Source: Candidatus Poribacteria bacterium
Lineage (GTDB): Bacteria; Poribacteria; WGA-4E; WGA-3G
NCBI GenBank assembly: GCA_965214095.1
Contig: OZ243938.1
Coordinates: 736,001-800,000 of the forward strand
Reading direction: 5' to 3'
Length of the DNA: 64,000 nucleotides
The position numbers and the translations under genes are program-made. This document shows, one piece after another, positions 60,332 through 64,000 of the stretch. The notes below the pieces were generated by a model, which was not told the DNA's origin, made no database searches, and saw nothing but the letters and a program-made list of their open reading frames with translations. Numbering within the stretch: position 1 is the stretch's first letter; the number at the start of each line of letters is the position of its first letter.

Positions 60332-60979
60332 ATGACAAAAGAGGAAACATATAAACCGATTATCATTGGAATTATGGGTGGGTCAGCATCGGGCAAAACT
60401 ACCTTCGCCACTGCCTTGTCAGAACAACTTTCTGAGTATTCACCTATTACATTACACCAAGACTTATATTTTAGAGATTGGTCAGAATTCTCATCTGAAG
60501 AACGAGAAAAGGTGGTAACAGCCAATCATCCAGATGCTGTCCGTTGGGATGTATTAATTTCGGATGTAGAAAAGTTACGAGCATATAATCCTATTGAGAC
60601 ACCGGCACCCGGCACACGTGCTGCAAGTCGTGGTGATGAAATGAAAACAACACAACCCTCTCCAGTGGTGATTGTTGAAGGACACCTAATCTATTGGAAT
60701 GAACAACTTCGAGATCTAATTGATATGAAGTTATTTCTTGATGTAGATGCACATGAACGTGTGCTCAGACGTTTGCTCCGTGATGTTGGTACACGCAGCG
60801 CAAACCTTGAAAGTGCAATCAGTTGGTACCGACGTGACGTACTCCCTAATTTCCCCATATACACAGAACCTTGCAAGCAATACGCCGACTTGATTATCCC
60901 CTTCCTCAACGATAATCCTATAGCACTACAGACAGTTGTCGCAGGTATACGTGCAATACTTTCTGATAGAAAACAATAG
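60332..60979 (+). CDS. udk: Uridine kinase family protein
   Basis: IIGIMGGSASGKTT, HQDLY, NHPDA, VEG, RRLLRD, EPCKQYADLIIP. Confidence 0.85.
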   Translation: MTKEETYKPIIIGIMGGSASGKTTFATALSEQLSEYSPITLHQDLYFRDWSEFSSEEREKVVTANHPDAVRWDVLISDVEKLRAYNPIETPAPGTRAASRGDEMKTTQPSPVVIVEGHLIYWNEQLRDLIDMKLFLDVDAHERVLRRLLRDVGTRSANLESAISWYRRDVLPNFPIYTEPCKQYADLIIPFLNDNPIALQTVVAGIRAILSDRKQ

Positions 60980-61020
60980 ATCGCATCATATCATACCTAC
61001 TCATTATCAAATAGGTGTTT

Positions 61021-61043
61021 GTAGTCGCACAATTCATTGCGCC
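61021..61043 (+). repeat. GTAG-type REP family B
   Basis: gtagtcgcacaattcattgcgcc. Confidence 0.7.
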
Positions 61044-61284
61044 TCTTCAGAAACTTAGATGATAACGACACTCAATACGATAGATTTTAAACACCTTCTC
61101 AATATGCCTGTTTGACACATACCCTATATCATTATGACATAGATTGTCATTGTGGCAGATAGGCACTTCTCTCATTACACATCAACATTTCGGATTATCC
61201 ACCAAGAATTACATTTGAAGAACCTTTGTGTTTGTCTATTGTTACTGCTACTGATAGATATATGTAGAGATTCATTTTGTGTTT

Positions 61285-61351
61285 TGGCATTATATTTGCT
61301 TATATACAAAATAGTTAGAACTTACTGAGCAAATGTTGGCATAGAAATTGC
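61285..61351 (+). promoter_or_regulatory. Two tandem sigma54-type (-24/-12) promoter motifs upstream of hsp20
   Basis: TGGCATTATATTTGC (61285) and TGGCATAGAAATTGC (61337), both GG-N10-GC. Confidence 0.6.
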
Positions 61352-61393
61352 CTATTGTATTACAGAAACAAATCAATAAAAAAGGAGAAAAAA

Positions 61394-61849
61394 ATGACTT
61401 ATTTAACCTTACGCAGACCGGTAGCAACCCCTTTCAGATTTTTCAACGCACCTTTCACCTTTCATCGTCCATTCGCAGTGACAGGTGAATATAAATGGAA
61501 TCCCTCGGCAGATATAACCGAGACGGATGATACCTATGAAGTTCGTGCTGAACTCCCCGGTGTTTCAAAAGACAATGTCCAAATCTCTGTCAAGGACGGT
61601 CTCTTATCTATTAAGGGTGAAAAGCGACAGGAAAATATGGACGACGGAAAGAATTACAAACGGATTGAAAGACAATACGGCACTTTTGAACGGAACTTCA
61701 CACTCCCACCAAAAGTTGTAGCAGACAATATCAATGCAAAATTCAACGATGGGGTGTTGACCGTTTCTATCCCAAAACCGGAAGAAGTAAAACCGAAAGA
61801 AATTCCGATCAGTACTGAAACGGTTGTGGATGCATCTGAAGAAAAGTAA
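61394..61849 (+). CDS. Hsp20/alpha-crystallin small heat shock protein
   Basis: P.ADI.ET, AELPGV, ERQYGTFERNFTLP, A.FNDGVL.VSIPK, C-terminal EIPI. Confidence 0.93.
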   Translation: MTYLTLRRPVATPFRFFNAPFTFHRPFAVTGEYKWNPSADITETDDTYEVRAELPGVSKDNVQISVKDGLLSIKGEKRQENMDDGKNYKRIERQYGTFERNFTLPPKVVADNINAKFNDGVLTVSIPKPEEVKPKEIPISTETVVDASEEK

Positions 61850-61860
61850 TCATCAGTTTA

Positions 61861-61910
61861 GTAACAGGAACAGGTTGGCATAATCAGTTATGTCAACCTG
61901 TTCCTGTTAC
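61861..61910. terminator. 23-bp-stem hairpin between tandem hsp20 genes
   Basis: gtaacaggaacaggttggcataa / ttatgtcaacctgttcctgttac. Confidence 0.65.
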
Positions 61911-61985
61911 AACATATATCACGAACAAATTACAATTTCAGTAGTCTTATCAAGTGAAAGAAAACTAAAATTAAGGAGAATTATT

Positions 61986-62615
61986 TTGAGAAGATCACAA
62001 CAGAATAGACCAAGAGGAGAATTTCAAGGACAACGTCCTAACAATCACAGAAAAGGACGCGGTAGAAGACATCCTGAAGGAGAACGACAAGGTCCTCCAC
62101 ATCAGAAAAGACGAAACCGTAGAAGGAACCCCCAAGCAGGTCATAGAAACCGAGACAATCGTCCACCGAGAAGAAGAAATCGACAACGTTCAGCAGAACA
62201 TCCAATCAGAGAACACTTTCCACATCATAATAGAATGCAAGAAGGTTTTGGTGGAGAAGTGCCATTTCAACGGAGAAGAGGTAGATTTAGACCTATTGCC
62301 GGTTTTACCGCTTATGATGACAGGTTTGAGATTGAAGTTGAACTTCCCGGCGTTAAAGAAAAGGATATTAGTGTTGCCGTTGCAGGTAAAAGGTTGATAG
62401 TAAAAGGTAAAAAGCATCGGAAGCAATCTGACGAAAATCATAACATCCGTAGATCAGAATTAAAGTATGGTAGATTTCAACGTGCATTTCCACTACTACC
62501 AATGGCTAATACTGAAGGTATTAAGGCTGATTTTAAGGATGGTATTCTAACGATAGTCATACCGAAGAAGGAAGAAGCAAAACCGAAAGAAATACCTATC
62601 AATGCGGATACCTAA
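61986..62615 (+). CDS. Hsp20 with long Arg-rich N-terminal extension
   Basis: AGGAG RBS plus in-frame TTG at 61986; ELPGV, YGRFQR, ADFKDGIL.I.IPK, EIPI. Confidence 0.85.
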   Translation: MRRSQQNRPRGEFQGQRPNNHRKGRGRRHPEGERQGPPHQKRRNRRRNPQAGHRNRDNRPPRRRNRQRSAEHPIREHFPHHNRMQEGFGGEVPFQRRRGRFRPIAGFTAYDDRFEIEVELPGVKEKDISVAVAGKRLIVKGKKHRKQSDENHNIRRSELKYGRFQRAFPLLPMANTEGIKADFKDGILTIVIPKKEEAKPKEIPINADT

Positions 62616-62732
62616 ATCTTACCTAATTGTTGGGATGGTCTCTGTGCCATTTACGCTTTATACCTATAAAACCTCATACGACACAAAGACCCATCCTACA
62701 ATGGTCAAGGAAATGTTCGGTCAATAACTCCC

Positions 62733-63407
62733 TCAACTATCCTTGCCTTCTGCCATCCCAAGATAGAGTAATGCGGCAAGTACTGCACCAACACATGGAC
62801 CAACAAAGTACAACCATAAATCAGCATAATTGTTTGCAGCGATCGCAGGTCCCAATGTCCGTGCTGGATTAAAAGATGCACGTGTCAAAGGTCCACCCAT
62901 TAGGATACAAGCGATCAATGATAACCCGATTGCAATTCCTGCGAAATTCCCTGCTTTTCCACTAACTGCAGTATTGAAAATAGTAGTGACAAGAAAGAAT
63001 GTCAGTATGATTTCAACAACGAGACCTTGTATTACAGATACATTCTCTGCCAAAATGGTAACCCCTAAATCTCCATCTATAGGTAGCAATCCTTTCAGCA
63101 CCAATGCCCCAGCAATTCCACCAGAGAACTGAACAATCCAATACCCAATAGCAGTAACTAAGCGGATCTCACCAGCCACCAAGAAACCAAGTGTTACAGC
63201 AGGATTAATATGTGTCCCTGATATATGTCCATAAGCATACACAAAAGCAATGACGACAAACCCATGAGCAAGTGCTACCCCTAATAGATTTTCAAGTCCA
63301 TAAGAGTGTCCATCTAAGTTATTACCAGTGATTGCTAATGCACCCGCACCAATAAAGATCAATGCAAAGGTGCCAATAAATTCTGCAACATATTTCCCAG
63401 TATCCAT
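62733..63407 (-). CDS. Aquaporin (MIP family)
   Basis: AEFIGT, SGTHINPAVT, second NPAR. Confidence 0.95.
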   Translation of the reverse strand: MDTGKYVAEFIGTFALIFIGAGALAITGNNLDGHSYGLENLLGVALAHGFVVIAFVYAYGHISGTHINPAVTLGFLVAGEIRLVTAIGYWIVQFSGGIAGALVLKGLLPIDGDLGVTILAENVSVIQGLVVEIILTFFLVTTIFNTAVSGKAGNFAGIAIGLSLIACILMGGPLTRASFNPARTLGPAIAANNYADLWLYFVGPCVGAVLAALLYLGMAEGKDS

Positions 63408-63500
63408 AACGTATTATCTTCTTTCTACACTACAGCAGAACCTTCCTATTATAGTGAATTATAATATTATGTGAACATTTGCTTAAGAACTACGGTGTTC

Positions 63501-63523
63501 GTAGTCGCGCAATTCATTGCGCC
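63501..63523 (+). repeat. GTAG-type REP family B
   Basis: gtagtcgcgcaattcattgcgcc. Confidence 0.7.
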
Positions 63524-63571
63524 TCTTACATTCCAGTAATAAGAATAATCATCTATAAGAATAACACTGTA

Positions 63572-64000
63572 TCAAAGTGGCCAACGGTTCTGAAATTGCT
63601 CAACCATTGCATCAGGTCCACCATGTTGACCTAAGAACGCTAAGAATGCTTGGTATAGCCTACGTGCTTCGTCATTGTCCGACTCAAATCGATTATGCAT
63701 CTGGTCTGGATCAGATGAAAGATGGAACAGACTTTTCGGTGCACCTTGATTTTCCAACAACAACGACCATTCACCATCCGTAATACTCCCATGTGGACTT
63801 CCACCATCAGGACTCCAACCGCCACCCCACGCACCGTGTGTGATCGCATAATCCCTACACTTATCTGTATCACCAAGGACAGTAGGCAGTAAACTAATAC
63901 CCTCAACCTGTTTTCCTCGTTCTGCACCAAAGACATCAATCACAGTCGCAGGTATGTCAATAATACTGGCAATGGCATCTGTCCGTCGCGGTGTAACTTC
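63572..64000 (-). CDS. Sulfatase family protein, C-terminal part (runs off window end)
   Basis: DIPATVID, EGISLLP, LFHLSSDPDQ..N. Confidence 0.75.
   Translation of the reverse strand, partial: EVTPRRTDAIASIIDIPATVIDVFGAERGKQVEGISLLPTVLGDTDKCRDYAITHGAWGGGWSPDGGSPHGSITDGEWSLLLENQGAPKSLFHLSSDPDQMHNRFESDNDEARRLYQAFLAFLGQHGGPDAMVEQFQNRWPL

Overview
64-kb, AT-rich, gene-dense bacterial chromosomal window with about 50 CDS. No rRNA, tRNA or CRISPR array was seen. The gene repertoire suggests Candidatus Poribacteria or a relative (inference only): several Gfo/Idh/MocA oxidoreductases, PhyH dioxygenase, a sulfatase, TPR and LamG proteins, and exported proteins ending in a 'V-x-x-x-x-K-[LV]-A-T-x-W-G-x-[IL]-K' motif. 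Housekeeping genes include obgE (partial), nfo, livJ/H/M-like, wzc/wza, heptose kinase, gmhB, polX, ftsE/X, topA, accD, a ubiD-family gene, polA, udk, two hsp20 genes and an aquaporin. The most striking non-genic feature is a 406-bp ORF-less IS200/IS605-type element (45029-45434). It has its own sigma70 promoter and a TnpB-type omega-RNA end, and it sits exactly between the RBS and the ATG of a LamG gene. Its left-end hairpin appears to supply a replacement Shine-Dalgarno at the original 8-nt spacing. Other highlights are three apparently catalytically dead enzymes (FtsE, PolX, an AAA ATPase), REP doublets nested inside MITE-like shells, a paralogous lipoprotein pair with an expanded Gly/Asn/Asp repeat spacer, a structured leader of about 245 nt before an RRM gene, and an Arg-rich Hsp20. 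All calls were made by eye from motifs; no database searches were run.
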